From Basidiobolus meristosporus CBS 931.73 (Eukaryota; Fungi; Basidiobolomycota): a stretch of DNA of 64,000 bases. Shown piece after piece: positions 1-13,185 of the stretch. The DNA lies in contig MCFE01000261.1 of the NCBI GenBank assembly GCA_002104905.1, positions 1 to 64,000 on the forward strand, read 5' to 3'. Position 1 is the first letter of the stretch; every line of letters begins with the position of its first letter. The translations under genes and the position numbers were made by a program. A model generated the notes under the pieces. The model ran no database searches. It worked only from the letters and a program-made list of their open reading frames with translations, and had not been told where the DNA came from.

Positions 1-96
1 ATACCACATAAATGTTTGTGACATAGTAAATATTAGACCATTCTTATAAAACATTCTCCATTTGTTTAGAGGTTCTAATCAATATTGATATTTTAG

Positions 97-2549
97 TGAC
101 ACTGGTTCTTCTTCGTCTGTGAGAACTCTTTATCAGAACAACACAAATGGTACAGATGGTGGTAATCAAGACAATTGTCTTGACAAGCTTGCTTCTGCGG
201 CCATCAATGTTGATGGAGCTGACACAAGGACTTATCTCCCCGGGAGTACAACAGCAGGTACTGTGGGATGCAGTTCTAACGGGATTGGTATTACACCTTT
301 GAATTTTGAAAAGCATACCAAGACTTCTAACTGTTGTTTGTTAGGCAACTTCCCTGGTCTTTATTCCACATCTGGATTTGATATGATTACTATCATGGTA
401 AGAAACATTCAATTTTTTTCCTAGATTCCTAGATGTTCTGGAAGATTAACGAAATATTGCAATATTAGTCAAAAGTGGTCACACGGTACTATTTTATTCA
501 TTATACTCTTTGCTTTGCTGACCATTAACCAATGCCTCAAGGCCAAATCCTCAAATACAACTAGGTCCGGTGGACATGAGCTGTGCTTTTGTAACTGGTG
601 AGTTTTCGATCTGACAAGGAGCTGGTTGTTCCACATTTAGCATATAGACTTGTAACTCATAAAGGAGGTATCGGTTTAGTTGACGCGCGCCAGTACGACT
701 TTCCAATTGTATACTGCAGCCATTCTTTCGAGGAACTGACCGGATACACCGCAGTGGAGGTTCTGGGAAGGAATTGTCGCTTTCTTCAGGCACCAGATGG
801 CCAGGTTACTGCTGGATCACGCAGACGGTTTACCGATAATAACGTAGTGACAAGTATAAAAAACTGCATTGGCTCGGCAAAAGAAATCCAAGTTTCTTTG
901 GTTAATTACAAAAAAGGAGGCCAGGTTAGATTATATCTTAATTCATCGCTCTGCGAAGGCTAGAAAAATAGTTAACTTTCGCGTACAGCCTTTCGTGAAC
1001 CTTGTCACCATCATCCCAGTTTCACTAAGTGGGAATGATGTCACGCATTTTGTAGGATTCCAAGCGGTAAATATTCTATTATAATTTTGTTTTGGTATTC
1101 ATATCTAATTGTAAGTACAGGATATGGTTGACCAACCCCATGAAATACTACTGAAGATGAAAGGTAAGCAGTTCTATAATCTGACCTGCTTCCTCTCAAA
1201 AGATTAATAGTCGCCCTACGTAGACGGAATTTACTACCCGGGATTAACCTTCCCACACATCTCGCCACTATTAAGTAATGGGTTAAGTGTTGGTATAGAC
1301 AAATTCCCACAGGAAGCCGAGATCATTTCAGAGAAGTTCGCTGCATCAAAGGAGATTCTCAATATTATGGGTGTTCCTTCCAATATAGACGACGAAATAG
1401 CGGCTCGCATGTGGAATACGATGCTACTCGATGAGTGCGATGATTTTGTACACGTTCTTTCGCTCAAAGGCGTGTTTCTGTATTGCTCTTCGAGCTGCAA
1501 AAAAATGCTGGAATATGAACCTGAGGAGTTGGTTAGCACTAGCCTTTCCTCTATCTGTGACCCGAACGACTTGATTCCGGTGCTCCGCGAACTCAAGGAA
1601 ACGGCAAATGATATCGGCCTGATCAGCCTCGTCTATAGAATCAAACGAAAGCATTCCGGATATATGTGGTTTGAGGCAAGCGGCCGAATTTTAAACGACA
1701 AAAGCAAAAATAGAAAATATGCAATGCTATCCGGTAGGCCGCGCTCGATGTATAGTCTTTCACGGGAGGTGGTAGAGACTTTCGGAGGATTAAGCGACAA
1801 CGAATTCTGGATTAAATTATCGTTGGAAGGCATCATTCTGCATGTTACAAGCTTCTGTCAATCCAGCTTGAACATTATACCAGACGATTTTGAAGGAACC
1901 TCTCTTTACCAATTCGTTCGATCAGATAGGACCACTGCTCTAACCAGAGCTCTTCAGCAAGCGAAGGAAGGAATTACAGTGAAGCTACAACATAGTATCC
2001 GAAATAGCAAAGGCCAATACGTTGATGTGGTTAGTACATTCTATCCAAGTTCGTGTGCGACCGATGCAAATGTCCCATTTGTATTATGCCAAGCCAAAAC
2101 GATACCTGATAATGAAGGCTTATTCGATAACTCAAGTGGACCTTCCTCAGCACCTTCTCTATTGACGAATAAAGTTGCTACTGAAGTAGATAACATGTTT
2201 TCTGTTCTCGGAATAGAAAATCGCACCAACTGGCAATACGAATTGCATCAGTTGAGGATAGCAAATAAGAAGCTTCGGGAAGAACTCGACAGTCTAATAG
2301 GGTCGAATGGTAGAAGGGTTGGTCTCTCTCTTACTCTCTAATACTCATCTCTATCTGATATTAACATTCAATTTTTGTGTCTAGCGAAAACGCCAGGGCA
2401 AGCACGGTAAAGTTTGTTCTATATGCTTTTGTAAAGATTCTCCCGAGTGGCGTAAAGGGCCCAGCGGCTCTGGGATACTCTGCAACTCCTGTGGAACAAA
2501 CAAGGAAAATGACCTGCAACAATCGAAACCACTGATAGATGAATGCTAG
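97..2549 (+). CDS. wc-1: White collar-1-like blue-light photoreceptor (LOV + PAS + PAS + C-terminal GATA finger); 5' end lies upstream of the window
   Basis: Spliced exons 97-397, 469-485, 542-597, 680-924, 989-~1069, 1121-1162, 1224-2317, 2385-2549 give [40 protein letters not shown], the LOV motif [11 protein letters not shown] domains, and a last exon [26 protein letters not shown] that the ORF track misses. Confidence 0.95.
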
Positions 2550-2799
2550 AATACCTGAAGACTGCTCTACCAGAATAAGCTCCATGACGGAAAGATGCAT
2601 CGAGCCAATACAGATTATCGACCCTGCCCTTATATATATATACTTTGCCGAATCCACACCTGGCCAATTTCTGTACTTTCCGTTATCTTCGGTCAATTTT
2701 CCCCCATTTAGACTAATAAACTTTGAGTATGTTCAATTTTCATCCATCACTGAATATTGAGTCTTGCCCCCAATCAGTCTTGAAAGCATAGGAACCAGA

Positions 2800-5350
2800 C
2801 TAGAGCTTAGCGGCATACAAGCTCGCTCTTAATAGCACGTACGGATGATGCAGGATCCGGCCAAGCGGGTTTGTGGTAGGGTATGCGGTATTTACTCTAT
2901 CTGGCGGTAAATAGCACCTCGATAAGAACTCTCCGTTTATCTTACGACTGCCCTTAGTAGCATGATCTATATCATAGTTGATCATAGACTTGCACCTCAT
3001 TGTATAGAATTCGTGTGCAATCAACCATCCGGAGTTCCTCGCTAATCAATATCTCGGCAGTCCATACACGATACGAAGGCCGTAGCTTGTCCACTTCTGC
3101 AGATGTGTCAATCAGTAAACTGGATATTTGTAATAGCAATGACAACCTCCAAAAACAATAGCTTTGAGATCTATACAGATCTTTCTGGAGAATGATATTC
3201 CGCCCACCGTCTCGTGGATCTAGCAACACTTCCAAAACCATGGATCGAGCAATATTCTCCGTCAAATGCAAAGGCTCGATATGGATACATTTACTAAACT
3301 AATTGGTCCCCTTGACCACATCCACAACGCCTTTTTAATGCAAAGTCCGATCCATCAAGCATCTCGTTCGCATCAGCAAATGAGCTTTTCGCCATTTCAA
3401 TCATGGTGTAATGGAACATGCAAAATATATCCCGACTTTTGAGGTTGGCCACCACAAAGGTGCTCGAGACTGCGTCAATCGGGTGGTGGGAGAAAGGCGC
3501 ATGCCGCTGTTGTCAGTAAATCTAGGTGTGGCGTCCAAGGATCTCCACACATCCTGGAGTTTGCTCAGTGCGATGGAGATGTCGAAGTTTCTCCTCGGGG
3601 GACTGGCTCCATCTCTTTGAGTTTAGGCAGGTCTCAATATATTTTCGGTGGCAACAGAACACCCACAGATGTTTTCATCCTCGTAATGGATATGCTTTCG
3701 ATGTTTCAGCATGTACCCCGCAGAGCACCAAGTGAGATTTAGATCATGAATCGTATCGAGCTCCTACCACCATGCATCAAAGCCTGTCATCCTGATCCCG
3801 CGTATCAGTGGATCAAGGTGTGCTTTCGCAGACAAAAGATATCTGAAACGCCATATAGATCGTCGAGGCATCGTCCAATTAATACTGCTGTACGAAGGCC
3901 ACTGCCAAGTTCGTTGCAAGACACGTGATGTAATTCACCTGACTGTTCGACTCTGTTCACCTGCTCATAACAATGACTACGTCCCAAGGGAAGCTTCGAA
4001 TCTGGGAGTATCGTGACAACATAAACCTTCTTCCAATGCAATTGTGGCCAAGTCTGAGTCATTTGTACATTCAGTACACCGAAGAAAACAAGTGTGTCGG
4101 ATGCACAGCCACGGAGATGATTCGCTGCCTACGTGACAGGGATGCCGATCTGAAAGTAGTCGATAAATACATGAAACAAGGTTTTAAATCCTTGCACTAG
4201 TCCCAACCGCGCCATTCACGTTGGTGTATAAGATTGACTTGACTAGATATTAAATTGCTGGCATATTTTTAAACACAGAATTACAGGCCTGGTCTCTTCA
4301 ATAGTGCTTTAAAAAGTCGTATTGTCTGGTCCACCCATCGCTACATGTCGGATGCTACCAGTGAGCAGCCACAGGCGCCCCGGGTGGCCAATGAAAGTGT
4401 TTGTAGCCTAGGTGATTTTGAGCGCAATGGAAGCCAACGTGTTTTTTGGCGAAGTCCGGATGAAAATCATCAGGGGCGTATCGAGTGATGTCTTAGATTG
4501 TCGGTTTGATTGAATCCCAATAGGATCTAGTGTAAACAATGACGGCAATAGGCCATCTTGGTGAATATGGTATCCAGGACATTTTACGTAGTTCTCGCTT
4601 TTCGGTTGCGGGCGTGCACACCGGCATTCGAGGGGCGCCGACAGGGCCATGGCAATGCCAGGCAGCAGCCCATACTTGGGCGTGGATGCTGCCCGCCACG
4701 GGCGGTCACTATTCTGCTCGAGAATGAGCCGGTGCCGGTGTGGTTTGCATCGAGCGGAAGATTGCTAATCGGCAGGGACAGTGCTGCTTGCCATGCCTGA
4801 GGCCGAATGCGAATTCTCTTCCCTAAACAATTCAGGACAAATAGACGATCAACGCATTCTCTTAGGTGGCCCAATTGTGATGGGATGCATGCTTTTCGCA
4901 AGGCCGTTTGAAACCGATGTCATTTGACAGTTTAAAAACAAACCCTCAATAATATCGCATTTGTAGCATCGAGCCTCTCACCGAGAGCCATCCCCAATGA
5001 ATGGATAGTAAATCAAAAGCCTCGACATATAGGATTGTCACTTGTTGCATAACCTATCAGCCTGCAACCAGCCATCCCAGAGGGCAATGCTGGTGGTCAA
5101 GGGAACTCTATCACACCATGGACATGATGCATCTGCCGAAATCCCCAGCACATGTGACCCTCTAAATCAATTGATCGGCGGTGTCCTTTTCGAATGTTTG
5201 TTGCTTGTATCACTAAGCTTCATACACAATGCAAATCTTCCACATAGCATCATTTGGAGACTGGTATTGGCGGTCGCTAGCATTGCTCTTTGCTCTGGGA
5301 AAACCTGAACTGGATGGAATCATCGATCACAATGACATCGGCTAATTATT
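2800..5350 (-). pseudogene. Possible decayed gene, unidentified
   Basis: Several protein-like minus-strand segments (2800-3024, 2972-3271, 3805-4062) broken by stops and frame changes; no motif recognised. Confidence 0.2.
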
Positions 5351-6100
5351 GCCTACCCAGTCAACAGGTAAACAACCTAGAATTTGCATGATCGAAGTTT
5401 TCATTTAGCAGGAAGGAGACGCGCTGGTTCGCAATATGATTGGCGTGGTATGCATCAGTAAACTAACCTTATTTCTTCACGTCATAGAGTACCATGACTA
5501 GCCTGAGCTGCGAATTCTGGGGATGTTTTTTGTAAGTTTTTGATGTCCTTGAGGTTTTGCTACGAGCTCGGCTCAATCATGATTGGGGCTGCTTGGCGAG
5601 TGAGATAGCAACCCAGTAACTGAATCCTCGTTCTATAGGTGGACTACGTGCCAGTAAGAATCGATGTCAATTGAGAAACGGGAACTACGTGATGGTGCTG
5701 GTTACATAAGTTTTAAAAATATACTCCTTTGTTGCTTCGCAACACGACTATTACAGATTCAATTAATTCCATCTGAGGCGGGCCACTCAACATCGGCTAT
5801 TGTGGAAAAGGCAGGAGTTTTAGAATCGAAACCGAGTCATGTCCCCTTCTCCCGCCAATAAGCACCGGCTTGGAAAAGTTGACAAAATCCTTTGGGCTAG
5901 TGATCCAATCATGGTTACCAAGGTGAGTTATGCTAATTCATAAATAAGGAGCGGGAACCTCGTTATGAACACAATTATTAATTGATTCGTACCATTCTTC
6001 CCCTTTGTGTGTGCGATCGTTGATTCTTCGTTTCCCTCTCCACGCCGCCTTCTATCAGCTCCTTAGACTCTTTGTATAGCTTCCCCCACAGTAGGCCATC

Positions 6101-7121
6101 ATGGGACGTAAGAAGATCAAGGTATACCAAGTGATTCCACCTCAGCTGCTCATGTTCCCTACCTAATAAAAACAACGTTGTTTTTACAGATCAAGACTAT
6201 AGAGAATGAAAGGCAAAAAAATGTCACCTTCAGCCGTAGGAGATGTGGCCTGATTAAGAAAGCCCATGAATTGGCCGTGCTGTGCGAGTGTAAAGTGGTT
6301 CTGATGATGTTTGATGCGAAAGATGCATGCCATATTGTAAGTTGCTTTCTGCAAGCTCCTCGCCGACCGCCTATTAAACTCTAGCTCCTCCATGTAGTAC
6401 TCATCAGTAGATGACCCCGAAGGACTAATAGAGAAGTATTACCGCAAAGAGTTCAAGACGGTAGACAATAGGGTTGGTATCTGGTGCCTGTAGCCTTGCG
6501 TAGTGATTCTTAAACTAACAGCCTGTTCTTCCATCACTCAGCGGAGAAAATCAGCACCCAATACCAGGTATTACCCGCTAGCTGCTGCACTCTTGCAACT
6601 CTGCTAATTTCGTTTTCTCACACAGTAGTGATTCCACGAATAAGCCAGCTATTGTTAACGAATACAAAATATCTACCAATGGTGAAGGGTCGGAAAACAT
6701 TCAAGTCAAGCATACCAAGAATGAACATAACCCAGGGGCAGTCCTTCTATCGCTCAATGCTGATGAAGCCATGTCATACAGCAGCGGCTTCCCGGAAAGT
6801 AGTTCAAATTACGACTATTTGTTGGACGGAGGCGGAGTTGGGTACCGAGACGCAAGCGAGCCGAGTAGTGAAATGTGCCAGGGAATTGACTACTCATCCA
6901 TCATGGATTTCCAAGCTTCTCAACCACCGCCTCCTCAGAATCCACGCCTGTCAAGACACTTTTCATATCCATCTACGTTAAGCTCCCAGCTGTTTTATGA
7001 ATATCCGCATCCTACGAGCAATGCGCCTTTAGCTGACCTGGATCATCCATCGATGGTGATGTCGATGCCAATGTCAATACCGAACGGCTGGAATAGGAGG
7101 CAGAACTCTTTTCAGTACTGA
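6101..7121 (+). CDS. MADS-box transcription factor (MEF2/SRF-like)
   Basis: MGRKKIK|IKTIENERQKNVTFSRRRCGLIKKAHELAVLCECKVVLMMFD; GT-AG splicing, including a 26-nt exon at 6542-6567, joins in frame to ORF 6771-7121. Confidence 0.92.
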
Positions 7122-7789
7122 TCCTTTGGATAGTTTCGAACAGTAAGGAGAAGATTTCTAAAACGGGGGCCCTTTTATAACTTCAGTCTGGACTGCGCAG
7201 GATTTAGTATCCATGGGGATTTACTGATTTGACTACTCAAGCCAATCTAGGAAATCGTGGATTTTCTTCGATCTAACTTATACCATAGTAATTGATCCAC
7301 CGGCCATAAGCTCGCAAATTTGCCATCAATGACTTGTAAATTCCATACGACTGAATCCACTTTAGATAGTATCTTTTGTGCCATATTAGTGACTTCTCTT
7401 TTCTTTTTAATTATGCACTCATTCCCAAATTTTGTGACTCCATTTTTGTGCATATCCCTTTTGTTGGTTACTTCAAAATCAGTAAAATAAATGTTCGGTC
7501 TTGAATAGGTTTTCTCGCGCACTGCATGTCGATCTCGATGGTTATGCCATCTTCCAATAGCCACCCGAGAACCTCGCAACTTCGCAGGATATATGGAACA
7601 TCACCACGAACGCGCAACGACCGGCTTCAGTGTGCGTAAGCCTTGCCTTGGGGGAAGTGAATTAAAGTTTATTGAGGACGACACCTCTTGCTCGCTATAC
7701 AAGAGTGTTTGCAAATGGTAACTGGTAAACCGATTAATCGTCGTTGGATGGATTAGCTATTAGCAAAGATGCTGGGGTATGATGATGGT

Positions 7790-8893
7790 TTAGTGGCAGC
7801 CGGATTTGGGTTCGGCCGACATGGTTCTGAATTTCGCAAATAGGAAGGTTCCAACTGCTAATCCGGTAATAACGGCAAAGAACAAGGCGACATTGAAGGT
7901 CATGGTGACCAACATGAGGGAATAGCCAACGGTGGCGTCGATGAATCTCATGGCCAATCTGACTAAATCCCGGGGCAGGCTAGCAACAAAGGAGCCCAGA
8001 GCCACCTTCGAGCAAGATTGGTTAGCAATTGCCCACTTGGCCTCTAGGTTGCCACGGAGAACGCCGAAACCTTCATAGAGGACACCTATAAAGAATATAG
8101 CAAACCAGGCTCCGACCAGTTGGCCGCTGGATTTGGGCACCCAGTTCTTGAACAGGATGTATTCGTGGATGCCGGTGTGGAAGTACATGATCATAGATGG
8201 AGCAGGCTCTCCACTGCTAGAAGAACCGCTGGTACAGTATGGAAGGTCAGGAGTAGCATGGCACATGGATGTCCACTTCTTGCATTGGTCCATGTTAGGC
8301 ATGGATTTGCAAAGATCAGAGTAAACGGAGAGATAATCGCATGTCTCCGAGCCAGACATATCCATTTGGCGCTTTTTCATAGATTTGGACGACTTGCATT
8401 TTTCACACCCAGGCATGTTCATCTCAGTGCAAATGCTGGTGATGAACCCAGAGGCCTCTGCGGTGGTTGGGATATTGGGGATCTCGGGCTGACTCTTGCA
8501 CTCCTTAACTACCGAGGTGCTGTTTCCGCACAATGCAACCCAGGCCTTGCACCCGGACATTTTCGGCATATCGGTTTGGCAAACATCGGCTACAATGGAC
8601 ATCTTGTTGCACCAAGGTTTGGAACTGTAGGTTGAGGTCGCGGTACACACTTGGTTGACGCTACAGCCTGGCATGTATGGCATGGCTTTACACAAGCTTT
8701 GGATACTAGCATCTAATGTAGCGGTCTCCATTTTGAAATCAGCACAGGTCGAGTTGGTGTTGTCGGTATAACAAGGACTGTCCATAGGAAGAGCAGTACC
8801 TGATCCATGGCCACCATGGTTCGAATGATCTTGCCCCTTGACCGCGGGAAAGGTGGCGAAGACAGCAAGAATCAAACTAATGGAAAGTTTCAT
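7790..8893 (-). CDS. Ctr-family copper transporter with signal peptide and Cys-Met repeat ectodomain
   Basis: Intronless; signal-like MKLSISLILAVFATFPAVKG, HSNHGGH, four CxxM(P)xMxxC-type units, then a Ctr core (MIMYFHTG...YSLMLVTMTFN with MxxxM...GLAVG). Confidence 0.9.
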   Translation of the reverse strand: MKLSISLILAVFATFPAVKGQDHSNHGGHGSGTALPMDSPCYTDNTNSTCADFKMETATLDASIQSLCKAMPYMPGCSVNQVCTATSTYSSKPWCNKMSIVADVCQTDMPKMSGCKAWVALCGNSTSVVKECKSQPEIPNIPTTAEASGFITSICTEMNMPGCEKCKSSKSMKKRQMDMSGSETCDYLSVYSDLCKSMPNMDQCKKWTSMCHATPDLPYCTSGSSSSGEPAPSMIMYFHTGIHEYILFKNWVPKSSGQLVGAWFAIFFIGVLYEGFGVLRGNLEAKWAIANQSCSKVALGSFVASLPRDLVRLAMRFIDATVGYSLMLVTMTFNVALFFAVITGLAVGTFLFAKFRTMSAEPKSGCH

Positions 8894-9149
8894 TGTGACA
8901 ATGAATGTGGTGAAGAACACAATAGAAGGGAACGTATCTGAAGAGTAGGTACGATTCTACCTATGTATTTTATAGGAATACATCTCGGCCATGAAACCAT
9001 CTGATATTTCAGACCCATGAAATTAGGTATGGTTTTCCGGGAATCCATGCCATTACTTCCAAATAAAAACCCACCAAAAACCATCCATAAACCCCACATA
9101 TTAGATAATTATGATTCACACCCGAGCTCTAGAAGCTTAACGAAATATG

Positions 9150-10900
9150 TGCAACATGCGCTTGTCCGCAAACGGCTCATCTTATGTATGGCAACTAGTA
9201 TGCTTCAAGCTTTTAACCACGTTAACCTATGGTCAGTAGGCGCCTGGGGCCATAAATGGGAATTTTCTAGAAGATGTCCAACACTAAGAAGAACTCTAAC
9301 AATATTCAAATCAACTTCATCTAAAAAGGACGGTGCTGTTAGCCGGTTTGAAACCATTCCCATATACTGTATTTGAAATTTGTCGGATGGATATGGGTTC
9401 GAGCACTTGTGGGAGCTCTCCACTTATCCAATTAGGCAGCTTCGTATGTACATCATATAACGAGATGGTACTGTTTTCAGCCATGTTTATGCGGTCGGTC
9501 AGATATATACATCCACCACTCGAGAAAAGTGACTATTTCTTGTCACACCATCAGATTTTCATTGCTGGATGCGCACAAAACCCTTCTAGAAAATGCAACA
9601 CACCCATTGGCCTCTGTGGTGAAAGAGTACAAGGAAAAACATTCCAGAAATCTGCCATAAATGGATTCTGCGGCTGCATGCCCGGCTTCGACAACAAATG
9701 GACGTACGGTTACTGCATGTGCCATGCTTCAGTACATCTTTCATTTCGAGATATCTCCCCAACAAAACTCAGCTCAAGATTGAGGCCAATCTGTATGCTT
9801 TAAGGGGTTGTTTACCCGGGTGGACACGAGAATTGCCATATGTATTTTCGAGGTCTGCCTTCGGAGGTCTCTCAATAACTCAAGGAACGAAGCTGCACTG
9901 CTATTGGCATATTGGGGACAACGAAGGGTGTTACCTCTCTACAACTGAACATCTTGGAGATCCGAGATCCCAACCCTATCTGAATTGTTAATAGTGAACT
10001 TTTTTATCGGCAAGCTGTAGGGACTTCACACTAATCTATAAATGGGCATACCTCATATAGGTGCAGGCCTTTGTAAGTCTAAGGTTGAGGTCCATGCCGC
10101 CTGATCATCATGTGATTTTAGGGGGTCAATATCCCCCAGCTAGCACCCTGTTCCAACAGCAAGGCAGCGTAAACATCGGACAATGGTCAAACCAATGCAA
10201 TATGAGAGCTCCATCCATCCATCGAAGCCGCGTTAAAGAGCATGTGCCATATTGCCTCTTCTACCAAGGGATACCTTTGAGTATGATTGATGGGTAACCC
10301 CAAGGAGCTAAAAGTGTGACCTGGTAAGGTCGACGATAACCCTTGCTGGAACCAACGACCAGTTAACTTCCATTGGTATACAGCCCAAAGACAAAACTAA
10401 CCTAGTGTGCCCTGGGAAATGAACCATTCTCATTGTGCACTTTACTCCCATCACTAAAAAGGTTGATGAATCCACCAGTATTATTGAAGCACATCCATCT
10501 TCACTCAAAATGAAGGCTCAGTGGCACCTGAATAAAAGAACCGACAAAAACGTCCGATCCCATGCCGCAACATCATAACCAATTGAAGCCTGTCATCTAT
10601 ATACAGTTTTATCTCAAGAGTTCTCAACAATGACGATGGCATTTGCAACGGAATCTCACCAATCCATCTCGTTAAGAAACAGGATTTGTCCACTTGTTGG
10701 GAGTATCTGGTATTTGAGAAAAAATAAGATTGCATCCATCAATGGACGATTAATGAACTTTAACCAGCATGTGTTGGGTATGTTGGTTAAGAAGATATGG
10801 ATTCATTAAGGCCAGCTGGAATGGAAATTGATTGCCATTGATTGCAATAGCATGTTGAGCGCTAATTTAGTATCGTGCTTCCACATTGAAATGTGCCTTT
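9150..10900 (-). pseudogene. Possible decayed WD40-like gene
   Basis: Minus-strand fragments such as FPGHTRLVLSLG / YTNGS*LVVGSSKG resemble a WD repeat across a frameshift; many stops. Confidence 0.2.
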
Positions 10901-11072
10901 TAGGCATTCTCCAGATATGAATCCAGTCCAATACATGAAAACAACCAAAAATCAATAGAGTAAAAATTTTGAAGGTCCATTTACCAGGGGATATTGGGAT
11001 TTTTTTTTTGATTCATCATATTATTACAGAGACAGCAGTATCGAATCGGTTACCTTTTCTTGCACAGACATC

Positions 11073-12300
11073 ATGTCGAAGCTTGTAGTTGCCAAAGCTG
11101 ACCAAGTCACCCGTTTAGTGGTTGCCCACTATATTCCTGACATCAAGATCGAGGAAGCCGATGTTGAGGTATATGCACGCGTGGAGTACTCTTTGACTTC
11201 GTCACCCCCAACTAACACCAATTCTAGTCGTCCCAATTAGATGAGATCACTGATGTCAACCAAATTGTTCTACAACTTGCCGCCGGTGCTGGTCATGAGG
11301 CTGTCGGTAAGGAGGCTTCCGCCCAAGCCGAGGTCAAGAAATGGCTCGAAGAGACCGTTGTCGAAGCCAACAAATTGAATGAGCTCGCTAGAGTACGCAA
11401 CTTCTTTATTGGCTTCTTCCGTATTCCATTTTCTCATTGAATCTATTTTAGAAATTGAATGATTACCTCGCTACTCGTACATACTTGGTCGACAACTATT
11501 TGACCCTTGCCGACTTGGTTACTTTTGCCCGCATCTATCCCTTTGCCACCAAGCTTCCCAAGCCTGCCCAACCCGGATTGTGCAACCTTTTCCGTTGGAT
11601 TGACCTTATCCAAAACACCACCGAAGTGCACAAGGCCGGTTTAGAGCTTATCCCTGTTAACTTGGAGGCTCCCAAGGTCCAACCCAAGGATAAGAAGAAG
11701 GACAAGAAGGACGACAAGAAAGACGAGAAGAAAGAGAAGAAGGGAAGCGACAGACCCAAGCAACCCAAGGCTGCCGAGCCACTTGTTATGGCTCCTTCCC
11801 TTTTGGACCTCCGTGTCGGTTATATCTCCAAGTGCGAGAGACATCCTGACGCCGACAGTTTGTACGTCGAGACCATTGAAGTTGGTGAGGCTGAACCACG
11901 TACTGTCATTTCCGGCTTGGTCAAGTATATTCCGATTGAAAAGATGCAAGGGATTTATGTTGTTCTCGTTTGCAACTTGAAGCCCGCCAACATGCGTGGT
12001 ATCAAGTCCCATGCTATGGTTCTTGCTGCCACTTCTCCTGATGGCAACACTCTCGAGTTGGTCACTCCTCCCGCTGGTAGCAAGCCTGGTGATCGTGTCT
12101 ACTTCGAGGGCTATGAAGATGGCAAGCCAGAGGCCCAACTTAACCCCAAGAAGAAGATTTTCGAGACTCTTCAACCCGGTCTCAAGACTAACGATGACAA
12201 GGTTGCTATGTGGGCCGACGCCGAGAACAAGCCTCACCTTATGAGAACCGAGGCCGGCCTTTGTACCGTTCCTTCGGTTGTTGGTGCCTCCATCAAATAA
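11073..12300 (+). CDS. ARC1: ARC1/AIMP1-like tRNA-synthetase cofactor (GST-C + OB-fold tRNA-binding domain)
   Basis: [22 protein letters not shown] segment; Lys-rich linker; LDLRVGYI...[10 protein letters not shown]...[17 protein letters not shown]; two introns. Confidence 0.93.
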
Positions 12301-13185
12301 GCATCTTCATCAATCCATGTGGTTTATTTACTCTACTCGATTATTGGCACAGTAATGACTGTTTAGTAAATAAAATACAAATGAGCGTGTATTCGACATT
12401 CCAACATGATGTTCAGCCAGTGTAAGGGATTAAGGACTGCCACTATCATCGGTAGGGTCGGATTCATCAGAGAAATTCGGCCGGGAGGTGGCTTTAATGC
12501 ACGGATCCAGAATCACTGTTTTCAACACTGCATTTAATTAAAAAGCCAACAGAGTATGTGCTAAACCCCCGGCTAGCTGCGACCGATTCGAGCGGTGTAC
12601 GTGCATGCATAACCAAGGGGAATAGCCCCGCCCCTCACAACAGAACAGCCAGGTCGAAGCACTCGAGGATATTCAGTGCCCCAGTATAGCACAGACCCCG
12701 CTCAAAATACCGGCAAATCGACCTGCATCCAAACAGATCGCCATCGAGAACCGAACTAGTTGAGAATCGATCTTCATCCCTGCCTGCATTAATTCGTCAT
12801 TTGATAGGTGAGAGTTCGATTTGGCCTACTGATTGTCGCACAGGTGAGGTGGATCGGGGTATGCTTTGAATTATGTCGATGAAAACATGCACGATATCCT
12901 CACAATACACAAGAGAGTCGCTATCTGAAACGAATCTTACTATAACGGTTACACCACTTCACTGAAGGAATCAGGCACCTATGCTGGATGCGTAGAATAT
13001 GTAGCAGCATATCATGATCATTTCAGTGATTGGCCCCACTATAAAGCAGAGCCAACTGTAATGCACCACTCCTCAACTTTTCCTCACCACCTACTTCGAA
13101 ATCACCTGGACTGTTCTTTCCCAGAACTCGCCTATAAAATCTCCCTTCCCATCAGCTCTCCGTCTTCGACTCAGCACTGCATCTT

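Noticed and set aside
1367-2341. WC-1 lacking a zinc finger, as the ORF track suggests
   Set aside because: A spliced final exon at 2385-2549 encodes a GATA finger
8120-8635. 171-aa plus-strand ORF
   Set aside because: Antisense shadow of the Ctr gene
11641-12237. 198-aa minus-strand ORF (likewise 15350-15745 and 26247-27086)
   Set aside because: Antisense shadows of codon-biased real genes (ARC1, YDJ1, INTS6)
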